The translations under genes and the position numbers were made by a program. 64,000 nucleotides of DNA from Phyllobates terribilis (Eukaryota). Location: positions 361,336,001-361,400,000 of the forward strand of contig NW_027362769.1 of NCBI RefSeq assembly GCF_046119375.1. Reading direction: 5' to 3'. Below the pieces are notes generated by a model. That model ran no database searches, was not told the origin of the DNA, and saw only the letters and a list, made by a program, of their open reading frames with translations. Shown here in pieces: positions 39,237 through 51,857 of this stretch (position 1 is its first letter; each line of letters starts with the position of its first letter).

Positions 39237-39450
39237 ACCACCTTGTCCCCTCCAGAGCTGTATTATCAGAGCCACCACCATGGCCCCGGCAGAGCTGTAT
39301 GATCAGAGTCTCCACCTTGTCCCCGGCAGAGCTGTATGATCAGTGCCATCACCTTTTCCCCTGCAGAGCTGTATGATCAGTGCCACCACCTTGTCCCCAG
39401 CAGAGGTGTGTAATAAGCCACCACTTTGTCTCCGGCAGAGCTGTATGATC
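39230..39450 (+). repeat. Six about 37-bp tandem units containing the cleavage site and HDE
   Basis: cag(a/t)gccaccaccttgtcccc(g/t)gcAGAGCTGTAtgat repeated. Confidence 0.9.
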
Positions 39451-39520
39451 AAAAAGAAGGAAGGGGCCGATGTCCTCCGGAATTTTTGCCGTTTGTTCCA
39501 TGATACTAATCAGTCATTAC

Positions 39521-42292
39521 TAGTGATGAGCGAGCATGCTCGGTACTCTCCCGAGCATCTCAGTACTCGAGATGCTCGGAGCTCACCGAGTACTTTCGAG
39601 ATTCTCGGCGGGAGCTCGGGTCCCCGTCCTGCATGTTTGGCGCTATTTAGAGCACCAATCATGCAGGGATTGTCTGCCACTCACTGTAATGTCACAGCCA
39701 TGGTGGTTGTGGCATTACATTGATTGCCCAAATCGATGGGAACAGTGCTCACAGTGAAACATGAAAAGCCGGCAATTCATCAGCGGCATACACCGGTACC
39801 CGACAATTTAGAACAGAAAGAATAGAGCATCACACATAGATTAGATAGATAGAAACATGTCAGTCACATATATAATAAGTACAGTGACAGTGTTGGTTAC
39901 TGTACTTGTTATTTAGTGTTAAAATAAAGGATTTATTAAAAAAAAAAATGGCGTAGGGTTCCCCATAATTTTAGTCTCTAGCGGAGGTTAAGAAGACGGC
40001 TGGGGCAGATGTTTGAAGCATGGGAAGGGGGTAATACCCACAGAGCTTCCCAGTCTACTAATATCAGCCCCCAGCTAAATACCTAGCCTTTACCAGCTAT
40101 TAAAATGGGGGACCCCCAAAAAAATGACGTGGGGTTCCCTCTTTTTAAATAGCTAGCAAAGGCTAGGCAGACAGCTGGGGGCTGATATTAATAGCCCAGG
40201 AAGAGTGCCATGAATATTGGCCCCCTGCCAGGCTAGAAACACCAGCCGTCAGCTGCCCCAGAAATGGCGCATCCATAGGATGTGGCAATTCTGGCACTTA
40301 GCCTCGCTCTTCCCACTGCCCTGTTGCGGTGGCAGGGGGTAATAGGGCTGGGGTTGATGTCAGCTTATAATGCCAGCTGACATCAAGCCCAGGTTAGTAA
40401 TGGAGAAGCGTCTATAAGACACCCCCATTACTAACCCCATAGTCAAAGTTAAAAAAACACAAACATCCAGAATAATGTCCTTTAATTGAAATAAACACAC
40501 AATTCTTGAATGTTCTAAATTAAACCATGCCATCACGCCCATTCCAGCTGAAGCCAACGGTCTCCTGCAATAAAAATAAAATAATAAAGTAACCTCATCA
40601 TTAACTTTCCATGGTTCCCAGGACAGCTTCAGCTCTGCTACATTCACATGACAGGCTGGATCGCAGCCGAAAGCTGCCATCCAGCTTGCCATGCCGCAGA
40701 CAGTAAGAAACGCAGGCATGCTTGCGCTCCTCAGTGTCTGGCTGTGACGGCATCCAGATGAGCCGAGTTCATGTCCAATGAACTCAGCTCACCTCATGCA
40801 CGTCACTGACAGCGTGGGAAAATTCTCCTGCGCTTGCGGTGAGCGTGAGAGAATTCTCCTGCACTCTCCGCGGTCATGTCTAATATTGGCGTGACCCCAT
40901 GAATTTCAGGCTTAGGGCCAGCTGATAATACCAAGCTGGCCCTAACCCCTTTATTACCCAGTGAGCCACCGCAAGAGTGCCCTGGATGAGTTGGTTACAA
41001 CACCAGAAGATGGCACTTCTATGAACGCACCATTTTCTGGGGTGACTGCAGACTGCAATTTGCAGCAGGGGCGGGGGGGGGGTCAGAAAGCTTGGGCCTC
41101 CCTGCGCTGCGGTTTCCAGCCCCCAGCTGCCTAGTTGTACTTGGCTGGACACAAAAATAGGGCGAAGCCCCACGTGTTTATTTTTTTTTTCATTATTTCA
41201 TGAATTTTATGAAATAATAATAAAATTAGGGCTTCCCTATATTGTTGTGTCCGGCCAGGTACAAATAGGCAGCTGTTGGTTGGGGGCAGCCCGTTCCTGC
41301 CTGCTGTACCTGGCTGGACACAAAAATAGGGCGAAGCCCCACGTCAATTTTTTTTTATTTCATGAAATTCATGAAATAATTTTAAAAAAATTGACGTGTG
41401 GCTTCGCCCTATTTTTGTGTCCAGCCAGGTACAGCATCCAGGAACGGGCTGCCCCCAACCACCAGCTGCCTATTTGTACCTGGCCGGACACTACAATATA
41501 CGGAAGCCCTTTTTTTTTTTATTCTTTCATGAATTTCATGAAATTATTTAAAAAAAAAAAATGTGGGACTTTGCCCTATTGATGTGTCCAGCCAGGTACA
41601 ACTAGGCTGCTGTGGGCTGGAATCCGCAGCGCAGGGAGGCCCAAGCTTTCTGCCCCCCCCCCCCCCCCCGCTACAAATTGCAGTCCGTAGCCACCCCAGA
41701 AAATGGCGCGTTCATAAAAGTGCCATCTTCTGGCACTGTACCCAACTCATCCAGGGCCCTGGTGCAGTGGCTCACTGGGTAATAAAGGGGTTAGGGCCAG
41801 CTTGGCATTATCAGATGGCCCTAAGCCCGAAATTCATGGGGTCACGCCAATATCAGACATGACTGCCATGAATATCTAGTAAAGCATTTAAAAAAAAACA
41901 CAACATCCAGAATAAAGTCCTTTAATTGTAATAAACACACAATTTTTTAATGTTCTAAATTAAACCATACTTACCGTCATGCCCATTCCAGCTGAAGCCA
42001 ATGTCTTCTGCAATAAAAGTAAAATAATAAAGCAACCTCATCCTTACCTTTCCATGGTTCCCAGGACAACTTCATCTCTGCAACATGCACATGACAGGCT
42101 GGACCGCTGCAGAACGCTGCCATCCACTTACCATGCCACAAACACTGAGAAGCGCAGGCATGCTTGCTCTCCTCAGTGTCTGGCTGTGACGGCATCCAGA
42201 TGAGCCGACAATGAACTCAGCTCACCTCATGCACGTCACTGACAGCGTGGGAAAATTCTGCTGCGTTTGCGGTGAGCGTGAGAGAATTCTCC
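39521..42292. mobile_element. hAT-like non-autonomous element, right end deleted
   Basis: Starts tagtgatgagcgagcatgctcg (same terminus family as 55790); absent from the duplicate H1 segment; contains a palindrome of about 1 kb and a direct duplication. Confidence 0.7.
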
Positions 42293-42308
42293 CCCAGTTG
42301 GTGTCTGG

Positions 42309-42899
42309 GGGAGTTATTCCCTTCAGTGCTATTATAAATGTGCAGAGGTAGTTTGACTACAGCTCTGTTGTGGGTTTCCCTAGATAATGTTATCTTACAC
42401 TTCGAACAATCCCCATCCCCTTCTTTCAAGGGTTTCAAGGGCAGTATCTCGTTTCTGTATATTCCCCGCACATTGTTAGGGGAGAGTTACGTATCTTGTA
42501 TTACAGAAAGAGTATACTGGTCCCTTGATCCGGGAAATCTGGAGATTCCTATATGGAATCAAGCGAGCAGTGATCGCTCAACACAAACTTCCCGATTTCG
42601 GTTCATCCTGAAACTTTACAGAAAGACAGAACAGGAAAAGTCATTAGTCTCTGAGCGGGAACTTTAAATCAACATGATTAGCTCCTCCCCTTCCTCTGCT
42701 GATTGGCTGAACACAGGATGGTTAAGGAGTTTGAATTTCCCGCTCATTGTAGTTTCTGAAGTTTCAAAATGTAAAGATGTAACTTCTTCTGCTGTGAAGA
42801 GAAGTGTCCGGTCTATACATAAACCCCACTAACCACAATCTCATGTAATCGCCTTCCAGATCACGGTGGAGTCATTGAATACATTTTATATTTGGAGAA
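42309..42899 (-). repeat. Histone-spacer module, inverted copy (left arm)
   Basis: Reverse complement of 44836-45431 over about 590 bp. Confidence 0.85.
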
Positions 42900-43559
42900 T
42901 CAACGTGAGAATCAAGATAATTTAGAAATATAAAAGTGAGTTATAATTTTGAATAGGAGTAAACTTGAGACGTAGCACTCGCATGCCTTCTTCCGGGGAA
43001 GAAGTTGAGAATTTTGCTATGGTGATTTAAATATAGGGGTGCTGAAGTGAATATTAATGAGCCGCACACAACTAGGCCCCTGAGTACTGTTATTATTGGG
43101 GAGCAAAATTATAAAGCTATTGATTATTGCCCCCACAGCTCATCAGAAATTACAATATTTACTTTCTCCTAATACTTGTATTTTAATTGGCAGAGATCAT
43201 AAAACTCAGATATCACTTGTTTCTTCAGATGAGGATTAACACTCAGAGAACACGAATTGTTATCTTCTCATAGAAAATAATGACAGCAGCTCAGATGGAT
43301 AAAATAAAACGGAACGGTATAATCATTTTGAGCATCTGATTTATTCTCAGTCCAATAGTCCCATATCCAATGGAGAATCTAATAATGGTATGGGAGTGGG
43401 ATAAATAATTAAACGGGCCACAGAGCAGTTGATAAACTATTTAATGCAGACTTGTAAATGTTACCTTCTGGAAGACTCTGCATTCCAAAAAAACAAGGGA
43501 AAAACTATTGAAAGCATTCCATAACCTGTCATTCCTCAATTGATGGAGCTGCAGGATGA

Positions 43560-44820
43560 CGGACTGATGGGGCGCTCCGATCTGAGAGAGTAAGCTCTAA
43601 CTTGTCATAGTTTAATCACTGATAAATTTGATATACAGTAGGAGACAGATGTCTTGATGAATATTGAAAGGGCAACAATGAGGCAGACTGAGGCGTTCAC
43701 TAACTTACAGGGAAACAACAGTCTGCAGATATTTAATAAAAATAAGCTTAGCGGACTATTGATATTAGCTGTGCAAAACCATCTCCTATCTCTAAGCCGC
43801 TGGGGAAATATAACTGTAAAAGACCGAACCCCTTCTGCTATTAGAGGAAAAATCCATAAACGCCATTTTTTTCATACAATTAGTAAAAAAAGCTAAGCAA
43901 TATATGAATCCCATTATCCCACAAAGAGGATCTATTCCTAATCATAAGTCGTAACAATAATTTTGTTAATTCTATATACACAGTAGGAACTCTATACCTG
44001 CACAGGAAAAAAAAGTCAAACTAAATTTAACCCATAGAAAGCACTATTTGGAGAAATATATTTCACCAATCTCAACAAAATCATTTTCTAGATCTGATGA
44101 TGCTTTCCATGGAAAAAATATGTATCATCCGAAAAAACAGCCTGCCAACCTCGATTAATCATTTCAATAAGCAGCGCACATCATTTAAACTACAACTGGC
44201 TAAATGGGAATAAGTATAATCTGAAAATCAGAGGAATACCAGAATCAGTGACTCCAGATACATATCTCCATATCTCTATATTGCAAACACGATCACTCAT
44301 CACTCCGGAATAACCAACCCATAAAGTTGTTTTACAAGCGTACAGAATGAGATCACACTAGAAAAATGCCTTAGTGGGTAGCTCATAACATCTTACATCA
44401 AATACCCATTAAAAGATAAGCTTTATTAGTTCCAATAAAAACAAGCCCAACACTAAAGCGTACAGAATGCCCAAGAAAAAAAATATATAAATGTCGAAGG
44501 AGGCTCGGAAACAATAATTGTTTCCTTTAATCATTTTCCATAAGGAGTAAACTACTGGCACTAACAGAATTCCAAAAAAGAGATACCGGCTCCTATACTT
44601 CCATTCTCCTCAAAGACCTCTACAATACACTTTTCCCTGGGGAATCCTTTAAAAGCACTACAAAGGAACTTTTCCAAGCAGGAATTAAATACCAATGGCT
44701 GCTGTCAGCAACCCTACAGATAAATTACCATAACAAAATGCTCTTCATTTCTTTCCCCGATGAAGTCAAGCAACAACGTCTCAACATTTACTCCTATTCA
44801 AAAGAATAACTATCTTATCG
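43560..44820 (+). mobile_element. Highly degenerate L1-like fragments
   Basis: NLKIRGIPESVTPD at 44218-44259, resembling the L1 ORF1 NN(L/I)RIxGxPE motif; the rest is heavily decayed. Confidence 0.5.
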
Positions 44821-44835
44821 TGATTCTCGCTTTAT

Positions 44836-45431
44836 TTCTCCAAATATACAATGTATTAAGTGACTCCACCGTGGTCTAGAGGTGATTACATGAGATTGTG
44901 CTCTGTGGAGTTTATCTATACACCGGATACTTCTCTTCACAGCAGAAGTTACAATACATTTAGAAGCTGCAAAAAATACAATCAGGGTAAATTAAAGCTC
45001 CCTAACCGTCCTGTGTTCATCCAATCAGCAGAAGAAGGGGAAGAGCCAAGTCTGTCAAAGAATTTGAAATTCCTGCTAATTGGATGATGGCTTTTTTTTT
45101 TTATGTCTCTGTAACCCTTAGTTTCAGGACTGGGGGATATCAAATAATTTGCTTGTGTTGAGCGATCACTGGTCGCTTGAGCTGCATAGAGAAATCTCTA
45201 GTGTTACTTGATCAAGGGACCAGTATCCGATTTCTGTAACACAAGGTGCATATCTCTACGCCTAACAATGTTCCGGTAATATAAAAATCAACGAGGAACT
45301 GCAATTTAAAGAACCTTGAAAGAAAGGGGTGGGGGACTGTCCAAATCGTAGGTTATTCTCTAGCGAAATCTACAACAGAGATATAAGTAAACTATTTCTG
45401 CACTTATAACGGCATTGAAGGGAATAACTCC
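44836..45431 (+). repeat. Histone-spacer module (right arm)
   Basis: Inverted partner of 42309-42899; direct match to 32715-33130. Confidence 0.85.
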
Positions 45432-45546
45432 ATCGAGATACCTATAACGGACTGAGCAGAGAACTGATGTTACTAAGCAGAAGTGAACACTCAGCAGAAT
45501 ATGAAGCAGATGTGAGGGATCAGCTCGTTATTATGGAGGATTTGGT

Positions 45547-45562
45547 GGCTCTGAAAAGAGCC
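45547..45562 (-). terminator. Histone 3' stem-loop of H3 copy 1
   Basis: GGCTCTTTTCAGAGCC ACCAA on the minus strand. Confidence 0.95.
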
Positions 45563-45591
45563 TTTGTTATAGTCAGACGTGTAGGACGGAT

Positions 45592-46056
<465 letters not shown>

Positions 46057-49000
46057 TTATACTCCTCTGCTCCTGTTACCGCGTCATGTGAACACGCCCC
46101 CTACAACTCTATTGGCTAGTTCATAAAATAACATGAGCCCGCCAAATACGTGTGATGTCTGCGGCCAATCACTGTTCTGAGCTGTTCCCATTTTTTTTCC
46201 AATACAAAAAGATAAAAAGAGCTTATTTGTTCCTTTCTACCATGTTAGTTTTGAAATTAGTTGTACAATATTACATTAAAGTGATTTTTGTTTTATGCAG
46301 GAGCTGGAACACACCTTTTTTTTCTTGTTCAGACACTTTTTATCTGTTACTAATAGACGCAGGGTCACATTATGTCTACATGCGTCTTCTACAGCAGCAG
46401 CCAGTGTCTATATTTCTATACACCCAGTACAGTGAGCTGTACAGCGGCTCATCCATCATCAGTGACATTCCGCAGCGCAATGGTTTTCTAGTTCCCACAT
46501 CAGAGAACTACACCCCCACATCCTCCTTCACTAATCCAGATGCAGGTGACAGGGATGATGGATTAGGATGATGGAACCAGTGACATGATTCCCCTAGGAC
46601 ATAGGCCCCTTCCCTCCAAACACGACACTGTACTGTCAATTGCAAGAGATCTGCCCGGATCTGGCCGCGTTCATAGGACTGGTGTGCTCAGGACACAGCG
46701 CAGCTCTCACGTGTAGTAAAGTCCCGATTCATCTGTACTCTGCTGCTCCCTGTACACACTATGATCTAGAAGCGTCAGGAAATATACGGACTCTGATCAT
46801 ACAGCTCTGCCGGGGGCAAGGTGGCGGCTCTGATCATCCAGGAGGCTCTGCATTCACCCACGTAATATTCTAGATATATTCCCTGTGGTGTCCGCGCCCA
46901 TCCTACCACAGACTAAAGCCAGCTTCATATGTTCCACCAGGAGCCTGATGTGATCGCTCGGGGTCTGGGATGGGGGAAGTCGCCTCTTCCGTGCAGCGCT
47001 GGGGAACGCGTATAGATGTGGAGCCGGGATCTGCACAAACACTAATGAGTTAAACAGAGGAGGATTTATTTTTATCGGGTACTGGTTGACACTTTAGACC
47101 GATGTTTCTCGGTCATTGATTGATCACAGATGTGTTAGTTGTTTTGAATGTCCCTCTCAGACGGACGTCGGATTCTTTTACGTCTCCCCTCCCCCACCCC
47201 AATATTGGTAGCAGTATATTCACTAATGTCCAGGGTGGTTTCCTTACTACTACCCTCATCATCCCGGCTCGGCGGTACTACTGCACACAGCCGGACATTA
47301 GCTCCTCAGGAGGAGGCCGCTTCTTTGTGGCCCGGATTTTTCTTAGGAAATGTAGCATCATGTTCCATCACAAATCTCCTGCCTGGAGCTGTGGAAATGT
47401 TCTCTATGTAGATTGCGGGAATAAATTACTGAGAAGATAAGGGAGACATGGAGGGATCTGCTATGAAGTGTGCTTAGTGTTTTTTGGTGGGATATTGCTT
47501 AACCCCTTTACCCCCCAGGGTGGTTTGCACTTTAATGACCAGGCCAATTTTTACAATTCTGACCACTGTCAATTTATAAGGTAATTACTCTGAAACGCTT
47601 TAATGGATCCCACTGATTCTGAGACTGTTTTTTCGTGATATATTGTACTTCATGATAGTGGTAACATTTCTTTGATATCACTTCCATGTATTTGTAAAAA
47701 AATTGGAAATTTGGCGAAAATTTTACAATTTCACAATTTTCAAAATTCGAATTTTTATTCCGTTAAATCAGAGAGAAATGTTACACAAAATAGTTAATAA
47801 ATAACATTTCCCACATGTCTACTTTACTTCAGCACAATTTTGGAACCAAATTTTTTTTTTATTAGTGCGCTATAAGGGTTAAAAGTTGATCAGCGATTTC
47901 TCATTTTTCCAACAAAATAAACAAAACCATTTTTTTAGGGACCACATCACATTTGAAGTGACTTTGAGGGGCCTTTATGACAGAAAATACCCAAAAGTAA
48001 CACCATTCTAAAAACTGCACCCCTCAAGGTGCTCAAAACCACAATCAAGAAGTTTATTAACCTTTCACGTGCTTCACAGGAAATTTTGGAATGGGGAAGA
48101 AAAAAATTTACATTTAACTTTTTTCACAACAATGTTACTTTAGACCCCATTTTTATTTTTTCAGTGATAACAGGAAAAATTGGACCCCAAGATTTGTTGT
48201 GCAATTTCCCCTGAGCATGCAGATACCCCATATGTGGGGAAAAAGCACTGTTTGGGTGCACAGCAGGGCTCAGAAGGGAATGAGCGCCATTTGACTTTTT
48301 GAATGTAAAATTTGCTTGAATAATTAGCGGACGCCATGTTGTGTTTGGAGAGCCCCTGATGTGCCTAAACAGTGGAAACCACCCACAAGTGACACTATTT
48401 TGGAAACTAGACCCCTCAGGGAACTTATCTAAATGTATACTGAGCACCTTGAACCCCCAAGTGCTTCACAGAATTTTGTAACATTGAGCCGTAAAAATAA
48501 AACTTTCACATTTTTCCCACAAAAATGTTTTTCAGCCCTAAGTTTTGCATTTTCATAAGGGTAACAGGAGAAATTGCACCATACATCTTATTGTGCTATC
48601 TCTCCTGAGTTAGCCGATACCCCACATGTGGGGGAAAACCACTGCTTGGGTGTACGGCAGGGTTCGGAAGTGAAGGAACGCAATTTGACTTTTTGATGTA
48701 AAATTTGCATGAATAATTAGCGGATATTCCCCTGATATGCCTAAACAGTGGAAAACCCCCACAAGTGACACCATTTTGGAAACTAGACCCCTGAGGGAAC
48801 TTATCTAGATGTGTGGTCAGCACCCTTAACCCCCAGGTGCTTCACAGAAGTTTAGAACAAGAAGCCGTGAAAATAAAAAAATCTAACTTTTTCCACAAAA
48901 ATGATCTTTTTGCCCCAAATTTCTTAGTTTCACAAGGGTAAGAGGATAAAATGGAACCTAAAAACTGTTGTGCAATTTCTCCTGAGTACTCTAATACCCC

Positions 49001-49280
49001 ATATATGTGGAAAATACACTGTTTGGGCGCACGTCAGGGTTCAGAAGGGAAGGAGCACTGTGTGACTTTTTGAACGCAAAATTGGCTGGAATCAAGAGTG
49101 AACGCCATGTCGCATTCCGGGAGCCCATGATGTGCCGAAATAGTGGAAAACCCCCACAATTGACTCCATTTTGGAACCTAGACCCCTCAAGGATTTTATT
49201 AAGGGGTATAGTGTACATTTTGAACTCAAAGGTACTACAGAATTTGAAAACATTTGTCATCATATTTAATAAGTTGTCAT

Positions 49281-49583
49281 TAGTCTTAAGCGTAAGTGCT
49301 CGCTACTTGAGTTTGCACCAGGTACTCGGGTATGCACAAAGTATCGCAGGTACTCGAGTGACATGTTCGAGTCCCTGCCCCGCATGTTTCACGGTTGTAA
49401 GACACCCAAAAATAAACATGCGGGGATCGCTCGTGCATGGCAAGCGATCCCAGCAATGTTTCTCTTTGGCCGCGAAGCATATGGGGCAGAGACTCGAGCA
49501 TATCACTCGAGCACCCGCGATACTCAGTGCATACCCGAGCACCCGGTGCAAACTCAAGTAGCGAGCACTTGCGCTCAACACTA
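49281..49583. mobile_element. Palindromic hAT-like MITE (counterpart of 23992-24282)
   Basis: tagtcttaagcg ... cgctcaacacta; reverse-complement flanks match copy 1. Confidence 0.8.
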
Positions 49584-49628
49584 GTCGCCATATTGTCATA
49601 ATTTTTTTTTCTTAACTTTTGAAAAAAT

Positions 49629-49827
49629 CCCAACCTCAACCCCAACTCTAATACAACCCTAAACCCAACCCCAACCATAGACCCAACCGTAACCCTACCC
49701 CAGCCCTAACCCCAACCCCAACCCTAACCCCAACCCTAGGCCAACCCTAACCCCAAAACTAACCCCAACCCTAACCTTATCTCATCCCTAACCCTAGCAG
49801 AACCCTAACCGTAGCCGAACCCTAACC
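49629..49827. repeat. Degenerate (CCCTAA)n telomere-like tract inside the transposon
   Basis: ccctaa/cccaac hexamer run. Confidence 0.85.
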
Positions 49828-51158
49828 GTTCCTCATGTGGTATAATTGATTAGAAGACTTTATTCTTCGGTGCTATTACAGCGATACCAGATTCATATAG
49901 GGTTTTTATGATTGACAGCTGTCACAACACTAAAAGACGCTTTTATTTCAAAGACTTGTTTTTACATCAGCATATTTTGAGAGCTATAATTTTTCCATAT
50001 TTTATCCGACAGAGTCATGTGAAGGCTTGTTTTTTGCAGAACAAGTTGACATTTAAATTGGTACCATTTTCGGGCATGTGATATTTTTTGATCGCTTTCT
50101 ATTCTGATTTTTGGGAGGCTGAAAAAGCAAAAACCAACAATTCAGGAATTGTTTTTTTGCTTTTTTTTATGCTGTTCCGCGTGTGGTAAAATTGGTAAGG
50201 CAGCGTTATTCTTCTGGTCAGTACGTTTACAGGGGTACCGCATTTATATAGTTTTTTATGATTTGGCGCTTTTACACAATAAAAAAGATTTTCTAGAAAA
50301 AATATTTTTTTAGTATCGCTTTATTCAGAGAGCTATAACTTTTTTATTTTTCAGATGGTGGACTTTTGTGGAGGCTTGTTTTTTTGCGGAACAAGGTGAC
50401 GTTTTCAGCGGTACCATTTTTATTTACATTTGTCTTTTTGATCGCGAGTTATTCCATTTTTTGTTTGGCGGTATGATGATAAAGCACTGTTTTTTGCTTT
50501 GTTTTTCGTTTTTTTTTTTTACCGTGTTCACTAAATGGGTTAACTAGAGGGGCTGTTTTATAGGTCAGGTCGTTCCGGATGTGGTGATACCAAATATGTT
50601 TTTTTATTGTTTTGTTTTTTTTTTCATTTATTTTTTGGGGATTATATTTTTCTTTTTTTTTATATATTTTTACATTTTTATTTTTTTACTTTTCTACTTT
50701 TTTTTTTACTTTTACACATTGTCCCACTATGGGACTTTCACTTTTTGCAGCCTGATGGGCTGCATGGCATAGAGAGCAGCAGCTCCCTTTGTCATGCAGC
50801 CTGTCAGCGCTGCACACAGGGAGACATTACTTTGGTCGCACTCTGCGCATGACCAAAGTAACATCCTGCCTCCTGGTGACCCGGATGATGTCATGACGAC
50901 ACCGGGTCATCATGACAACTTCCGGAAGCCACCTCAGACATCGATGGACGCTGGAAGGAGAGGTGAGTATAGCGATCACCTCCCCCCTTGCCACCGCAAT
51001 GCTGCGATCGACTTTGATCGCAGCATTGCGGGGGTTAATGTGCCTGGAGCGGTGCGGGACTGCTCCCTGCACATATTACCGGGTGTCAGCTGTGACTGAG
51101 CTCTGGCCTCAGTGTTTTCCTATCAGGAGATATTTGTGTTCTACTTCCGCAGAACACG

Positions 51159-51811
51159 ATGGCAGATATCGCTCCAGCCGCCGCTCCCCCTCCCGCAGAA
51201 CCAGCTGCCAAATCCAAGAAGCAGCCGAAGAAAGCCGCCATCGGGGGCGCCAAGAAAAGCAAGAAACCCTCCGGTCCCAGCGTTTTCCATCTGATCATGA
51301 AAGCCGTGTCCGCCTCTAAGGAGCGCAGTGGGGTGTCTCTGGCCGCCCTGAAGAAGGCTCTGTCTGCCGGAGGATACGATGTAGAGAAGAACAACAGCCG
51401 CCTGAAGCTGGCCGTCAAGTCTCTGGTCACCAAGGGAGCCCTCCTCCAGGTGAAGGGCAGCGGCGCCTCCGGGTCCTTCAAGCTGAACAAGAAGCAGCAG
51501 GAGACTAAGGACAAAGCAGCCAAGAAGAAGTCAGCAGCTGCGGCCCAACCCAAGAAACCCGCTGCAGCCAAGAAAGCCGCCAAGTCTCCGAAAAAGCCCA
51601 AGAAGGCTCCGACCGCGGCCAAGAGCCTGAAAAGGCCAAGAAGCCTGCAGCAGCTGCCAAGAAGGCGGCAAAAAGCCCCAAGATGCCAAAGGCCGCTCCG
51701 AAGCCCAAGAAGGTGACGAAGAGTCCGGCTAAGAAGGCGGCCAAACCCAATGCTGCCAAGAGTCCTGCTAAGAAGGCAGCTAAAGCCAAGAAGCCCGCGG
51801 CTAAGAAATAA
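51159..51811 (+). pseudogene. H1: Histone H1 copy 2 with a 1-nt deletion near 51630 and no native promoter
   Basis: H1 globular domain and tail; 653 nt; stem-loop at 51842-51857. Confidence 0.85.
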
Positions 51812-51841
51812 GCCAAAGCCGCCCTGTTATTACACCGCAAA

Positions 51842-51857
51842 GGCTCTTTTCAGAGCC
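51842..51857 (+). terminator. Histone 3' stem-loop of H1 copy 2
   Basis: GGCTCTTTTCAGAGCC, followed by four 37-bp HDE-containing units (about 51851-51998). Confidence 0.95.

Larger units (their letters stand above)
47503..51098. mobile_element. Large TTAA piggyBac-like element, copy 2, inverted relative to 22840-29123 and truncated at the H1 junction
   Basis: TTAA|cccctttaccccccaggg is the reverse complement of copy 1's right end; carries the same nested hAT MITE; the far terminus is missing. Confidence 0.85.
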
